From an uncultured virus (IMG/VR IMGVR_UViG_3300028559_000007) (Duplodnaviria; Heunggongvirae; Uroviricota; Caudoviricetes), in the IMG/VR virus record IMGVR_UViG_3300028559_000007: DNA of 64,000 nucleotides. The stretch is one strand, 5' to 3'. Each line of letters opens with the position of its first letter. Position 1 is the stretch's first letter. The notes under the pieces were generated by a model. The model was not told the DNA's origin. It did not search any database and saw nothing but the letters and a program-made list of their open reading frames with translations. The position numbers were made by a program, and so were the translations under genes. Positions 9,632-20,695 of the stretch are shown here, in pieces.

Positions 9632-12600
9632 TTATGAAGGTAATGATGTAATTTGCATAGTCCAAGGTCCTTGTGTTGCAGTTGAATATGTGAAAAAATA
9701 AACACTATAAGTGTGAAATAACCCATTATATGGAACATTACTAACTATAAATGGTGATGCATTGAATAAAGTTCCAGGTATATTTTCTTTATTATTAGTA
9801 TTTACTGTATCTATCCAACTTAGATATGTTGCTGTTGTTTGAGATCCTTGAGATTGTGGAATAGCTAAAAATCCTTTTTCTATTGCTGATGTTTGGAAGT
9901 TTACAACAATATTAGCATTAGATTGAGCTAAAACTTCATTTCCATATGTTATAACATCTGATGATGATATATTTGTAAATGTTTGATTAACTTTTCCAAC
10001 AAAATATGGCCAAATTGTTTGAATTGATACACTTACAGGTGAACTAATCATATTATTAACTGCTCCGACAGAAATTGGTATTGGTGTAGGATTTCCATAA
10101 GTATCATATTTTTGATCACCACTTATATGTGAATTAGTTCCTGTCCAAGTATATGTTATAGGTTGAGTAGTATATAATACTTGAGAAGTAGTAGCTGAAT
10201 TCAGTGTAGATAAAATCGTATATAATGGTGTAATCGCGGGTGATGGTGTTGTTCTATTAAATGTATATCCACTAGCAGTTCCACTATCATTTTTAGTATA
10301 TGTTAATGTTAATACTGGTGTAAATGTTAATCCAACAGCTCTTAGTGACGAATCATTTATAGAGAGTGTTAATATTGGTGGAATATATAATGCTGGAACT
10401 GGTGGAAATAAAATCATATTTAATACTTGAACAATATTTAAATTTTTAAAATAACCAGCTGTTAATCCAACCAACCAAGTTAACGGATTATTAGTTGTTG
10501 TTGAAGATCCGTATGAATCAGGTACTGTAGATGGTACAACCATACTTGATGGTATATAGTCTGAATTCCCATAATAATCTATATGACTTTGTGAAGATGT
10601 ATTTATATTATAAATTGTTCCATAAGTAAACCCAGAATTTGTAAGTCCGGCAAATAGATCAAGAAATATTTCTGTTCCAGATGATCCACTTGGGCCTTGT
10701 GGACCACTTAGACCTTGTGGGCCTGTTAAACCTTGAACACCAGTTGGTCCTGTCCTACCTTGTGGTCCTGTCAATCCTTGTGGTCCTGTTAGTCCTTGTG
10801 ACCCTGTTAGTCCTTGAACACCAGTTGGTCCTGTCAATCCTTGAACACCAGTTGGTCCTGTCCTACCCTGAGGCCCTGTTAATCCTTGAACACCAGTTGG
10901 TCCCGTCAATCCTTGTGGTCCAGTAACTCCTTGTGGTCCCGTCAATCCTTGTGGTCCAGTGCTACCTGTTATTCCTTGTGATCCTGTTGGTCCTTGAATA
11001 CCCGTAGCACTTAGTCCTTGAGGACCAGTAGGTCCAGTTAAACCTTGAAATCCTGTATTTCCTTGATTTCCTATATTTCCCTGAAATCCTTGAAAACCAG
11101 TTGGTCCAATTCCACCATCATTACCATCATTACCATTATTTCCTTGTGATCCAGTTGGACCTTGTGATCCTGTATCTCCTTTTGGACCAGATAATCCTTG
11201 AGAACCTGTTCCGGATGGACCAGTTAATCCTTGAGTGCCAGTATTTCCTTGTGGTCCGATAGAACCTTGAGAACCTGTTCCGGATGGACCAGTTAATCCT
11301 TGAAAACCAGTATTACCTAATGAACCAGTAGGTCCAGGTAATCCTTGAGCACCTGTAATAGAGGATCCAATTAATCCTTGAGGTCCGGTTAACCCTTGTA
11401 CACCAGTTGGTCCAACAATACCTTGTGATCCAGTTTCGCCAGTATTTCCAGCCCTTGATGGCCCTTGATTACCAATAAATCCTTGAGGACCACTAGATCC
11501 CTGAGGACCACTAGATCCTTGAGGACCACTAGATCCTTGAGGACCACTAACACCTTGAGGACCACTAACACCTTGAGATCCGATTGGTCCTGTTAAACCT
11601 TGTGATCCAGTTTCACCATATCCAGTAGGACCTTGTGTTCCAGTAACACCGATTGCACCAGTATTACCAACATATAATACAGGACCTTCTGGTCCTGTTG
11701 GACCTTGATCACCTTTAGGACCACCATAGAAAGTACCACCTTGTGGTCCTATTAATCCTGCTGGGCTAACGTGTGATCCTATTGGAATTCCTGTACCTGG
11801 TGGTACGTTTCCTGGATATCCTAAGTTTGTTAGATTTAACGTAGTTGGACTTGGTACCGAATTCACTAAAAAATATCCTGCATTTTCAACATAAACAATT
11901 TGTCCAACACCTGCCCAGGTGGAATCTTGAACAGCAAAAGAAACAATCGCTGAACCAACTAATGGCATAGCATCAGGTTGTGTTGTATAAGTAAAAGCAT
12001 TAGATCCTGTTAATCCTTGAGGTCCGGTTGGTCCGGTTGGTCCGGTTAGACCTTGAGGTCCAGTTGGACCTGTTATTCCTTGAACACCAGTAGGTCCTGT
12101 TATACCTTGAGGACCAGTTATACCTTGTCTACCTTGTGGTCCGGTTGGTCCTTGAATACCAGTATCTCCTCTACCTTGCCATCCTTGTGTACCTTGCCAT
12201 CCTTGAGGGCCAGTTGGTCCTTCTAAACCAGCGCCGCCTATATCACCTTGAGGTCCTGTAAAACCAATAGGACCAGTATTTCCTTGTTCACCTTCTATAC
12301 CAGTAGGACCAAAATATCCTTGAATACCTTGAGGTCCGGTTAATCCCTGAGGACCAGTTCCTTGTGGTCCAGTATTACCTTGAACACCGGTTGGTCCAGT
12401 AAATCCATTAGGATCTCCTAAATCTCCTTTATCACCTTGTGATCCAGTTATACCTTGATTTCCTTGCCATCCTTGTGGTCCTTCTCGACCTTGAACGCCT
12501 TGTGGTCCAGTTTTACCTTGATTTCCTAAATCTCCTTTAGTTCCTTGTGGACCTTGAACACCTTGAACACCTTGAACACCAGTTGGTCCGGAAGACCCAG

Positions 12601-12832
12601 CATTAGAAAGAGCTAATCCAACTAAATTCCAAAGAGTCCAAAGAGGATCTCTAACATCTTTGGCTAATATAGCATTATCACTATTATCAGGAAGTCTTAA
12701 AACAACATCGGCCCATCCTTTATATACTTGACCATCAACCCATTTGAATTCACTTTCATATATACTACTAGGTTGATATGTTGATAAAAAAGGTCCACCA
12801 GTTGGTAATGACACTGTTCCACTAATTGGCAT
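9632..12832 (-). CDS. Collagen-like triple-helix repeat protein (probable virion fibre)
   Basis: Long GPT/GPQ tracts plus a Thr/Ser-rich C-terminal domain; TAATATATA at 12856-12864. Confidence 0.9.
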   Translation of the reverse strand: MPISGTVSLPTGGPFLSTYQPSSIYESEFKWVDGQVYKGWADVVLRLPDNSDNAILAKDVRDPLWTLWNLVGLALSNAGSSGPTGVQGVQGVQGPQGTKGDLGNQGKTGPQGVQGREGPQGWQGNQGITGSQGDKGDLGDPNGFTGPTGVQGNTGPQGTGPQGLTGPQGIQGYFGPTGIEGEQGNTGPIGFTGPQGDIGGAGLEGPTGPQGWQGTQGWQGRGDTGIQGPTGPQGRQGITGPQGITGPTGVQGITGPTGPQGLTGPTGPTGPQGLTGSNAFTYTTQPDAMPLVGSAIVSFAVQDSTWAGVGQIVYVENAGYFLVNSVPSPTTLNLTNLGYPGNVPPGTGIPIGSHVSPAGLIGPQGGTFYGGPKGDQGPTGPEGPVLYVGNTGAIGVTGTQGPTGYGETGSQGLTGPIGSQGVSGPQGVSGPQGSSGPQGSSGPQGSSGPQGFIGNQGPSRAGNTGETGSQGIVGPTGVQGLTGPQGLIGSSITGAQGLPGPTGSLGNTGFQGLTGPSGTGSQGSIGPQGNTGTQGLTGPSGTGSQGLSGPKGDTGSQGPTGSQGNNGNDGNDGGIGPTGFQGFQGNIGNQGNTGFQGLTGPTGPQGLSATGIQGPTGSQGITGSTGPQGLTGPQGVTGPQGLTGPTGVQGLTGPQGRTGPTGVQGLTGPTGVQGLTGSQGLTGPQGLTGPQGRTGPTGVQGLTGPQGLSGPQGPSGSSGTEIFLDLFAGLTNSGFTYGTIYNINTSSQSHIDYYGNSDYIPSSMVVPSTVPDSYGSSTTTNNPLTWLVGLTAGYFKNLNIVQVLNMILFPPVPALYIPPILTLSINDSSLRAVGLTFTPVLTLTYTKNDSGTASGYTFNRTTPSPAITPLYTILSTLNSATTSQVLYTTQPITYTWTGTNSHISGDQKYDTYGNPTPIPISVGAVNNMISSPVSVSIQTIWPYFVGKVNQTFTNISSSDVITYGNEVLAQSNANIVVNFQTSAIEKGFLAIPQSQGSQTTATYLSWIDTVNTNNKENIPGTLFNASPFIVSNVPYNGLFHTYSVYFFTYSTATQGPWTMQITSLPS

Positions 12833-12921
12833 AATTTAAAAATCCGAATTTATTTTATATATTAAATAAAGTTCTTTCAAAAGCAGTTTAGGAATAATTT
12901 GTTCAATTAAAATTTTATACT

Positions 12922-12929
12922 TACATTTG
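12922..12929 (+). promoter_or_regulatory. Bacteroidota sigma70-type -7 element TAnnTTTG (example)
   Basis: TACATTTG 14 nt before ATG; same motif at 2392, 21258, 31804, 44971, 47659, 53277, 55037, 56952, 63587 (+) and 31399, 34635, 37475, 41571, 43406, 63540 (-). Confidence 0.75.
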
Positions 12930-12943
12930 TATAAATCAAAAAT

Positions 12944-13810
12944 ATGAGAAGAACTTTTATAAAATATAATAAACAAGAGCTACTTGATAAGATAAATCTT
13001 ATATCGATTGAACAAGTTGGTAGTCAAGTAATAACTAAATATCGTGAGACAGTTACTTCAATTACAGAAGTATCTAATCGGTATGAAATTTTTGATATTA
13101 AATCTTATTTAAAGGATAAAATTGATGCAATAGAAAAGAATTTTAATATTGATAAATATTATTTTAGAATTACTAAAGGTGTTCAAGAATTAACTCTTCT
13201 AAGTGATACTATTGAAATAGAAAATGTTAAATTTTATAAATCATTTTTTATACTTAATTCATCTGATAAATCTAGAAAATTAAATTTTAATGCTGGTCTT
13301 TATTCCGATACTAATAATTTTTATTTAGTTTCATCAATAAAAAATCTTGGTCTAAATAAAAAACATCTTAGAGGTGTTACAGAAGCTGCTGAAATTGCTT
13401 CATCAGGATTTGGTGGTGAAACATTTAATGATCAAATTGAATCAATTATTTCACTTGTTGGTCACAAAATTTCACTTTCTAATCTTCGAAAATGTATCAT
13501 TAAAGATGATGAAATAAAATCTGAACATTCAAAATTTGATGCACTTAAAAATTCTATTATATACTATGCGTCAGAAGGTAGACTTAAATTAACAGAATCT
13601 CAATTTTTAACACTTAGAACTTTATCTGATAAACTAATAATTGATAATACTAACGATTTTTATGTAGACGCTTTTTGGATTTTTCAAACATACTTAAGAT
13701 TATTTAATAGGCAGGATTCTCATATTGTTAAGATTGAAACTGAAAGAATTATGTCAATAACTCAATGTTCAGTTAGAAACCAAATGCTAGAAGAACTAGG
13801 AATAATATGA
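12944..13810 (+). CDS. Hypothetical protein, weak DUF932-like motif; C-terminal tag
   Basis: ILNSSDKS...F.AG; ends RNQMLEELGII. Confidence 0.6.
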   Translation: MRRTFIKYNKQELLDKINLISIEQVGSQVITKYRETVTSITEVSNRYEIFDIKSYLKDKIDAIEKNFNIDKYYFRITKGVQELTLLSDTIEIENVKFYKSFFILNSSDKSRKLNFNAGLYSDTNNFYLVSSIKNLGLNKKHLRGVTEAAEIASSGFGGETFNDQIESIISLVGHKISLSNLRKCIIKDDEIKSEHSKFDALKNSIIYYASEGRLKLTESQFLTLRTLSDKLIIDNTNDFYVDAFWIFQTYLRLFNRQDSHIVKIETERIMSITQCSVRNQMLEELGII

Positions 13811-14271
13811 AAATATTAAAAGATCTCGATATAACTGGATTTGTAAATTTTCCTAGTCATAACCAAGTTAAGATAGTAGATTCAGGTAAAACACTGGTAT
13901 ATCTTGTAGCTTATGGTGAAGGTGAATCAAATATTAAATTACCTTTAATAGGGAATTTTTGTGGAGATGATGTATCACCTTCACAAAATGTTTTAACTTC
14001 ACAAAAGAATATTGAAGAAATTATAGATGAAATATCTAATAACATTGATAATACTAAAGAATACTATTTTGGAAATAGTCAATATTTTCCAGTTATTACA
14101 AGTATATTATTAGGATGGTCATTATATTCTTATGAATATAATGACCGAGTTAATAGTTGGTGTTGTAATTTTAGAGAATTAACAAATGAAGGTAAAAAAC
14201 TTTATTACTCAATAAAAAAACTTCACAATGATTGTGAATTAAGAATATTAACATTTAATAATATTAAATAA
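13807..14271 (+). CDS. Hypothetical protein
   Basis: ORF coupled to both neighbours by overlapping stop/start codons. Confidence 0.7.
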   Translation: MKILKDLDITGFVNFPSHNQVKIVDSGKTLVYLVAYGEGESNIKLPLIGNFCGDDVSPSQNVLTSQKNIEEIIDEISNNIDNTKEYYFGNSQYFPVITSILLGWSLYSYEYNDRVNSWCCNFRELTNEGKKLYYSIKKLHNDCELRILTFNNIK

Positions 14272-15698
14272 TGCAAATTGTAAAAAATATATTAATATCA
14301 AATACTTTAAGACAGGTTCTTTCACAATTTAAAGAAGAATCAGTTGTTGCTAACCTTCTCTTATCAGAAGATATTAGAGAAGATTTTCTTGTAGGTGAAC
14401 CAGTTAATTTTTTATCTATATCTGATTCAGATGAGAATAAAATATCCTATCTAACTAGAGATCGATCATCAAAAATCACAAGTGATGAATTTTGGTCTTC
14501 ATCTAAAAGATTTCATTGCAAACCAGGGTCATTAATTTCAAAAATATTTCGTGATATTTCTTCAAAAGAAATAGAGAAATTCTCAACACTGTTTAGAGCA
14601 TTTTCTTCAGTTAAAGAATTTAAATTTGAGATAGTTAAAGGTAATGATATAATAAAATATTATGACCAATATAACTATTCATCTGAATCAGGATCACTTG
14701 GTAATTCTTGTATGAAATATAGTAAATGTCAAAAATTCTTAGATATTTATAAAGATAATGACATAATATCTATGTTAGTTATGATAAATAATGAAAATAA
14801 GTTAATTGGAAGAGCACTTCTTTGGAATTTTGATGATAAAAAAATAATGGATAGAATCTACACATCAAATGATGAAGACTATCAATTTTATTTTAAAAAA
14901 TGGGCTATAAATAACGGGTATTCTTATAAGTCTAAACAAAATTGGACAAATACAATTCAATTAGTGAAAAATTCTAAAGATTTTGAAGAGAAATTAGATA
15001 TACAATTATCTAATTGGAATTATAATTATTATCCTTATTTGGATACTTTTAAATGGTTAGATATGAAAACCGGTAAATTATCAAACTATAAACCATCACA
15101 TTTTCAGAATCATAATGGTGATTATATTATTCTTATGAGTCCTGATGGTAGATATAACACTTCTGAGTGTCTTGAATTTGATTCAATATCAAAAGATTGG
15201 CATCATCAAGGAAGTTTACAATTTATTGAAGAACATCAGCTCTATACAAATAGAGATAATCTGAACTATTCAGAAACATTAGATAGATGGCTATTAAAGA
15301 GTGAATCTTCATATGTTGAAGAGATAAATGATTATATCTATACTGATATGGGGAAAGTTGATATTGATCTTTTAAATAAAAGAATTTTGTATATAAATAA
15401 TAAGAATTCTTTAAAAAAGAAAAATCCTTATGAATATCTATTTGAGCAACAAGTTGGAAGATCAGAAAGATATTATAATACAAGAGTAGAAATAGATAAT
15501 CAGCCACTTGACTATCAATTAGTTGATCAACCTGTAGCTACAGACGGAGTTGCCGCAGATACTCAGCCTGTGTTTCGGTTCTATGACGGCGCTGTAGATG
15601 GTGATACAACCCGTTCGCAAGTTATTATAGATTATATGAATTCAATTGCTGAAGCTGGTGATATTAGAGGCCGTCATTACTGGCGGTATACTGAGTAA
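14271..15698 (+). CDS. SCM/RALxW/MDRIY/YPYLDT family protein (paralog 1)
   Basis: GSLGNSCM, GRALLW, MDRIY, YPYLDT shared with ORFs at 35558 and 38497. Confidence 0.8.
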   Translation: MQIVKNILISNTLRQVLSQFKEESVVANLLLSEDIREDFLVGEPVNFLSISDSDENKISYLTRDRSSKITSDEFWSSSKRFHCKPGSLISKIFRDISSKEIEKFSTLFRAFSSVKEFKFEIVKGNDIIKYYDQYNYSSESGSLGNSCMKYSKCQKFLDIYKDNDIISMLVMINNENKLIGRALLWNFDDKKIMDRIYTSNDEDYQFYFKKWAINNGYSYKSKQNWTNTIQLVKNSKDFEEKLDIQLSNWNYNYYPYLDTFKWLDMKTGKLSNYKPSHFQNHNGDYIILMSPDGRYNTSECLEFDSISKDWHHQGSLQFIEEHQLYTNRDNLNYSETLDRWLLKSESSYVEEINDYIYTDMGKVDIDLLNKRILYINNKNSLKKKNPYEYLFEQQVGRSERYYNTRVEIDNQPLDYQLVDQPVATDGVAADTQPVFRFYDGAVDGDTTRSQVIIDYMNSIAEAGDIRGRHYWRYTE

Positions 15699-15738
15699 AA
15701 TTTTTTAAACAATTTATAGTATTCCATAATATAACATT

Positions 15739-16473
15739 ATGGTTTCTAAATTAATTGATAGTTTAAAATGTTTTAATGATCCTAATTTTAAATTTGATCC
15801 AAAATATCATCGGTATACTTACAGAAATAATCAATATACATCAGTAACAACATTTCTTAAAAACTTTTATAAACCGTTTGAACAAGATTTTTGGTCAAAG
15901 AAAAAGGCTGAAGAAAAAGGAGTTACACAGGAATTAATTTTAAAAGATTGGAAAGATAAAAATGATAGAGCAAATTTTGTAGGACATTCAACACATACTT
16001 GGATTGAAAATTATTATAATCAAATACCACAATGGATTCCCGATGATTTAGATATTGTTGATAGGATTAATAAATTCAATATTATCTATGCTAAACATTT
16101 ACATAAATTAATTCCAGTTAAATTCGAATTAAGAATTTTTTCTAAAAAATATCCACTTGCAGGAACAATCGATTCTATTTTTTTATATAAAGAAAAACTA
16201 TTTATCGTAGATTGGAAAACCAATGGTAAATTCACTGATGATAATAATAATAGATTTCAAAAATTACTTAATCCATTTCAAAATTATTGGGAAAATCATT
16301 TGAATGAATATTCAATTCAAGTTTCTTTATATTCACTAATATTAGAAGAGTGGGGTTATGATATAAAAGGAGCTTATTTGGTTCATATAGGACCAACACA
16401 AGACGCTATAATACATAAGGCAGTAGACTTAAAAGAAGAATTGAGAAATTATTTACCTTCTCATATTTTCTAA
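15739..16473 (+). CDS. PD-(D/E)XK exonuclease
   Basis: SVTT, G...H, ELRI, AGTID, VDWKT, Q...Y motifs. Confidence 0.85.
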   Translation: MVSKLIDSLKCFNDPNFKFDPKYHRYTYRNNQYTSVTTFLKNFYKPFEQDFWSKKKAEEKGVTQELILKDWKDKNDRANFVGHSTHTWIENYYNQIPQWIPDDLDIVDRINKFNIIYAKHLHKLIPVKFELRIFSKKYPLAGTIDSIFLYKEKLFIVDWKTNGKFTDDNNNRFQKLLNPFQNYWENHLNEYSIQVSLYSLILEEWGYDIKGAYLVHIGPTQDAIIHKAVDLKEELRNYLPSHIF

Positions 16474-16511
16474 ACTTATTGATTAATAAACATATAAAAA
16501 ATAAAAAATTT

Positions 16512-16988
16512 ATGAAAACTTATATTTTAGACTTTGAAGAGGTATTAAAAAATTTTGAACCTTATCACCAATCATTGAAAGCTATTCAAAAAGATAAACA
16601 AGAATTTTCAGATCTTGTTAATTCTATTAAAAAAGAAATGGAAGGAATTGTTAATAGTTCTAAATCTCTAATTTTAGATGATGTAACTAATCAAAAAAAT
16701 CAAAACAGATTTAGAGAATTACAAAGTAAAGCAGTTCAAGTAGAATCTGATTTTCGTTCTAATATAATGACTAAACAAAATGAAGAATTAGAAAAAAACT
16801 TTAATCAAATTATTTCATTAGTTAATGATTGGTCTTCTGAAAATAATATTGATCTAGTTCTTAATAAAAATACAGTTGTATTTGTTAAACCCGAATTTGA
16901 AATAACGAATAAAATAATTGATTTAATAAAAGAAAAAGAAATGTATAGAGAATACATTGATGGTATGTATGAAGTAGCGGTTGATTAA
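16512..16988 (+). CDS. Skp/OmpH-like chaperone lacking a signal peptide
   Basis: YILDFEEVL..coiled coil..NIDLVLNK..VVF....EITNKII; ATG at 16512 follows the promoter at 16472-16497. Confidence 0.75.
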   Translation: MKTYILDFEEVLKNFEPYHQSLKAIQKDKQEFSDLVNSIKKEMEGIVNSSKSLILDDVTNQKNQNRFRELQSKAVQVESDFRSNIMTKQNEELEKNFNQIISLVNDWSSENNIDLVLNKNTVVFVKPEFEITNKIIDLIKEKEMYREYIDGMYEVAVD

Positions 16989-17015
16989 TTCGATTCTATT
17001 CCTTATATTTACAGT

Positions 17016-17417
17016 ATGAAAGATTGGCCATCATATACAACAATAAAGTATTACTACAATGATAAAACTAGTAGTGATACTTTTCTTTTTAAAGAAAACT
17101 ATAAAGAAGCAATGTTACTTGGTAGTATAGTTTTAACAGAAGATGGTAGAGTTTATTTTACTGCTTCTGGAGGAGGAAAACCAATATTACCAGATAGATT
17201 GGTAGATGATGGTATTTATCCATATGAGTTTATGAATATAAAGGAGATAGAATATTGTTTAATGTATCAACCATATGATTTTGATGATGAATGGTGGAAA
17301 GCTCACGCAATGTATTCTAAATTTTTCTGGAGAATGCTGGTTTCAGATATGAGAGATACTAAAATAAAATTTTTACAAGAAGATTTAAAAGACTTAGAAT
17401 GGATTCACCGAGATTAA
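17016..17417 (+). CDS. Hypothetical protein with RDTKIKFL tag
   Basis: ORF. Confidence 0.65.
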   Translation: MKDWPSYTTIKYYYNDKTSSDTFLFKENYKEAMLLGSIVLTEDGRVYFTASGGGKPILPDRLVDDGIYPYEFMNIKEIEYCLMYQPYDFDDEWWKAHAMYSKFFWRMLVSDMRDTKIKFLQEDLKDLEWIHRD

Positions 17418-17881
17418 AAAAACGTTTATTTATTGATATGGATGGAGTATTATGTGATTATAATAAATCTTATGATACTGAGAAAAAAGTAAATCCATCA
17501 CAACCATATCCACAATCACAATTTGGATTTTTTCTAAATCTAGAACCTATACCATTTGCAATTGATTCTATAAATCATTTAAAAGAGTATTTTGATGTTT
17601 GGATTTTAACTAGACCATCAGTTCAAAATTTATCTTGTTATACTGAAAAAGCTCAATGGGTAAGAAAGTATTTAGGATTTGATATACAAACCAAAACCAT
17701 TATGTGTGTTGATAAATCATTACTAAAGGGACACTTTTTAGTTGATGATCAAATTGAACATGGTCAAATTGAGTTTGAAGGTCAACATATTCATTTTGGT
17801 TCCAAAGAGTTTATTAATTGGGACAAGGTTGTTACTTATCTTATGGATAATAAAGATTTAGATTATTACTCAACTTACTAG
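17399..17881 (+). CDS. 5'(3')-deoxyribonucleotidase (NT5C, HAD)
   Basis: IDMDGVLCD, EK..WV, DKSLL.G..LVDD. Confidence 0.9.
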   Translation: MDSPRLKKRLFIDMDGVLCDYNKSYDTEKKVNPSQPYPQSQFGFFLNLEPIPFAIDSINHLKEYFDVWILTRPSVQNLSCYTEKAQWVRKYLGFDIQTKTIMCVDKSLLKGHFLVDDQIEHGQIEFEGQHIHFGSKEFINWDKVVTYLMDNKDLDYYSTY

Positions 17882-18652
17882 ATAGTTTACTGCTTGTGTA
17901 TAAAGATTAGATATATTTTTATCATATGAATACTCAGTATTCCAAGTAGAAAAAGTTGCGCTATAAGTATAACCTTCTTTAGTTACTGTTAAAATTGTTG
18001 TTTTATTTCCAATTATTCTTTGATATAAATCTTTTGTAAATTTATTGGACACATCAACTAGATATTCATCACTTTCTTCTATTTTACCAAGTTTTAGTGA
18101 CATATTATGACCTGTTCCATTATCTAATATTTGTGTTGAATAGACTTTACCACCTCTTATTATTGGAACAGCTGACGCTGTTGAATACCCACCAGTTATT
18201 ACTATTGAAGCTGATGCAGAGTATCCACTACCCATTTTAATTATTGATATAGAAGTAACAGATCCACTTTGAACAATTGGATTTAATTCGGCGCCGGTCC
18301 CACTTATGTCTATTACTTTTGCGGATGTAGTTGGTATATCTTTATAATAGTATAAACCAGATTGATAAATAACTCTTGACTTTAAAAGATTTCTTTTAAA
18401 ATCTTGAAATGATGAATTTGTTCTAAAAAGAACTTCTTTCCAAGATTCTTTTTTAGCACTTGGGATATCCATAAATGATATATCATATTCATATTTATAT
18501 TCTATACACTCTTTTAAATAAGAATATTTACCATCTTTTATTAGATAGTCAAATAATATAGAATATTCTAGGAAATTATCATTCCCTTTTTTAGCAATCT
18601 TATCAATTTTTTTATAAATTTTATCAATTTCTAATTTAGTTTGATTTATCAT
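17870..18652 (-). CDS. Hypothetical, possibly virion protein
   Basis: Repeated G.V....I...G.GY beta motifs. Confidence 0.55.
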   Translation of the reverse strand: MINQTKLEIDKIYKKIDKIAKKGNDNFLEYSILFDYLIKDGKYSYLKECIEYKYEYDISFMDIPSAKKESWKEVLFRTNSSFQDFKRNLLKSRVIYQSGLYYYKDIPTTSAKVIDISGTGAELNPIVQSGSVTSISIIKMGSGYSASASIVITGGYSTASAVPIIRGGKVYSTQILDNGTGHNMSLKLGKIEESDEYLVDVSNKFTKDLYQRIIGNKTTILTVTKEGYTYSATFSTWNTEYSYDKNISNLYTQAVNYLVS

Positions 18653-18674
18653 AATTTATATTCAATATTTTTAA

Positions 18675-19607
18675 TTAAATCTCAGTATCTTTTTTAGATT
18701 CATCAGACTTTTTTTTGTTATATGAATCAGAACTTATAATTGAACCCTTATTAATTTCAGGTTGTCCAGTTGCAGTTTTAACAATGATTCTTTCAGTATC
18801 TCCATTTGATCCCTGTATTTCAACAACAGTTGCATCTGTTCCAGTATATCCTGATTTATTAGCTAAATAGTTTGTTTTTGAAAAATATTTAATTTTCTCA
18901 CCTTTTTCAAATTTATGTTGCATTAAAGGAGATTCTTTCCAAATATAAACTTCTTCTTTATCACCAGCTTTTTTAGCAGCTTCTATATCAAATCCAGTTT
19001 CTTTTTCTTCTTTAGATTCTAATTCTTTTTTCTGTTGTTCCGCTAATTTTTGAGCAGTTATAGATTTATCTTTAATATCTTTTAACATTTTTTGAAAATT
19101 TGGATCATCTTTAACATCTTCTTCTTTAAGACCAGAATCTGATAATAAAGAATTAGTTTCTGAATTAAGCAATTCTTGTTGCATTTCAATTTTTTTAAGA
19201 TTTATATAATTTTGAATTTTAGGATTTTTCTCTTCATCAACAATTTCTTTAAATTTTATATCAAACTTCTTTTTAATTAGATCAATCTGTTGATCATAAT
19301 TTTTAGTAGCAGTTTCAATATTTTTCATTAATAATTTTAATTGATTATCATCTTTCTCACCACCATCTTTAATACTTTTAATATATTTAGCATATTCTTT
19401 TAAAGATATTTTCTTTTTATCTTGAATTATAATTATTTCCTTTTTATATTCTTCAATAACATTATCTGCTTTTTTAGCATTTCCAAAATTTTTAGAAAAT
19501 GATAAGGATATTTTATTTTTAATATTTTTGAAAAGATCTCCTATAAATTCTTCATTAACTATTTTATTTCTATCTTTAAAGGACTCAAATGACTTTACGT
19601 ATTTCAT
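18675..19607 (-). CDS. Coiled-coil protein with N-terminal MKYVKSFESF motif (putative head-internal protein)
   Basis: K/E-rich helical sequence; TAATATATA at 19628-19636. Confidence 0.7.
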   Translation of the reverse strand: MKYVKSFESFKDRNKIVNEEFIGDLFKNIKNKISLSFSKNFGNAKKADNVIEEYKKEIIIIQDKKKISLKEYAKYIKSIKDGGEKDDNQLKLLMKNIETATKNYDQQIDLIKKKFDIKFKEIVDEEKNPKIQNYINLKKIEMQQELLNSETNSLLSDSGLKEEDVKDDPNFQKMLKDIKDKSITAQKLAEQQKKELESKEEKETGFDIEAAKKAGDKEEVYIWKESPLMQHKFEKGEKIKYFSKTNYLANKSGYTGTDATVVEIQGSNGDTERIIVKTATGQPEINKGSIISSDSYNKKKSDESKKDTEI

Positions 19608-19622
19608 TTTAAAAATTTTAAT

Positions 19623-20618
19623 TTAATTATATATTAAGTTATACTTCCACTCTCCAGATTTTGGAGTATTTTTACCATTTAAATAATTACATAAAGTACT
19701 TTTATGTATTTTTGTCTTCTCACTAGCCTCCTTTAATGACTTAAATATTATCATAGTATTATCTAATGTTAATAAAACTTTTTTCGATTTATTCTTTCTT
19801 ATAAAATATTTTTCAAAATTTGAATCATACTCATCTTTATAACACCATGCGAATCCACCACAACTTTTTCTTTTATTATTTAGGCATAACCATATATTTT
19901 TAAAACTAAGATTATTATCATCTGATGCTCTCAATAGATTATCATATTCTTTTATATTTCCAATATTATCAATTCTTAAAAATCTATTTCCGTTTTTTAT
20001 AGTATTTTCTATTCTATATTTTAGTTTATTTTCTATATCAGTATCATCATCAAAAAAGAACGTATATCTATTACCTATAAAATGTGCCGTATTAAGTGCC
20101 GTATCTGATATAGATCTGTAGTCTAAATTAAAAAATTCTCCTGCTCTTCGAGCATTTATAAACTTACCAATAAAATTTCCATCTATATCATAACATACGA
20201 TAGATTTACTATTACTGTTATTATAATTTGATTTACTTATCTTATCTCTTGTTTCTTTTGATGGAATTCTTCCTTTACTTTTCTCTCCTATTTTTCTTCT
20301 AACCTCTGCGGATGGATTTTGTAAACCATCACCACCTTCCGTCATGTTTAAAAGATTAATACCTTTATCTTTAAATAATTTTATAAATAATTTTTCTTTT
20401 TCATTCACATTATCATTCTCATCACAAACAATTAATATCTCCATCTCATCTTTTAATCCAAGATTATGCATTTTTATCTTCCACCTATCTAATCTACACC
20501 TTATTCTTTTTTCAATACGGTGATGATCCTTTAGTCTCTTTTTAAAGTCTTTAGTCTTTCCGATATAAACAACTTCATTTGTTGTTGGATTTTTTAAAGC
20601 ATAAATATAATTCTTCAT
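19623..20618 (-). CDS. GIY-YIG homing endonuclease with NUMOD repeats
   Basis: YIYALKNP..VYIGKT..KRL..H, N...GGDG, NUMOD3/NUMOD1-like repeats. Confidence 0.9.
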   Translation of the reverse strand: MKNYIYALKNPTTNEVVYIGKTKDFKKRLKDHHRIEKRIRCRLDRWKIKMHNLGLKDEMEILIVCDENDNVNEKEKLFIKLFKDKGINLLNMTEGGDGLQNPSAEVRRKIGEKSKGRIPSKETRDKISKSNYNNSNSKSIVCYDIDGNFIGKFINARRAGEFFNLDYRSISDTALNTAHFIGNRYTFFFDDDTDIENKLKYRIENTIKNGNRFLRIDNIGNIKEYDNLLRASDDNNLSFKNIWLCLNNKRKSCGGFAWCYKDEYDSNFEKYFIRKNKSKKVLLTLDNTMIIFKSLKEASEKTKIHKSTLCNYLNGKNTPKSGEWKYNLIYN

Positions 20619-20695
20619 ATTAATCGTTTATTTCTTCTTATATATTAATAAACTAGTTCTTCATATTTTTATATAAAAAATAAAAAATATAAATT

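Noticed and set aside
6025..11571. Alternative-frame and antisense ORFs within the collagen genes
   Set aside because: By-products of repetitive Gly-X-Y codons; low-complexity translations without starts or promoters.
7020..12600. Short DNA repeats (GGACCAGTT/CCTTGAGG) as a possible CRISPR or repeat array
   Set aside because: Period-9 coding repeats of collagen; no constant repeat with unique spacers.
15739..16473. Cas4 / CRISPR adaptation gene
   Set aside because: PD-(D/E)XK nuclease without the Fe-S cysteine cluster; no cas genes or array nearby.
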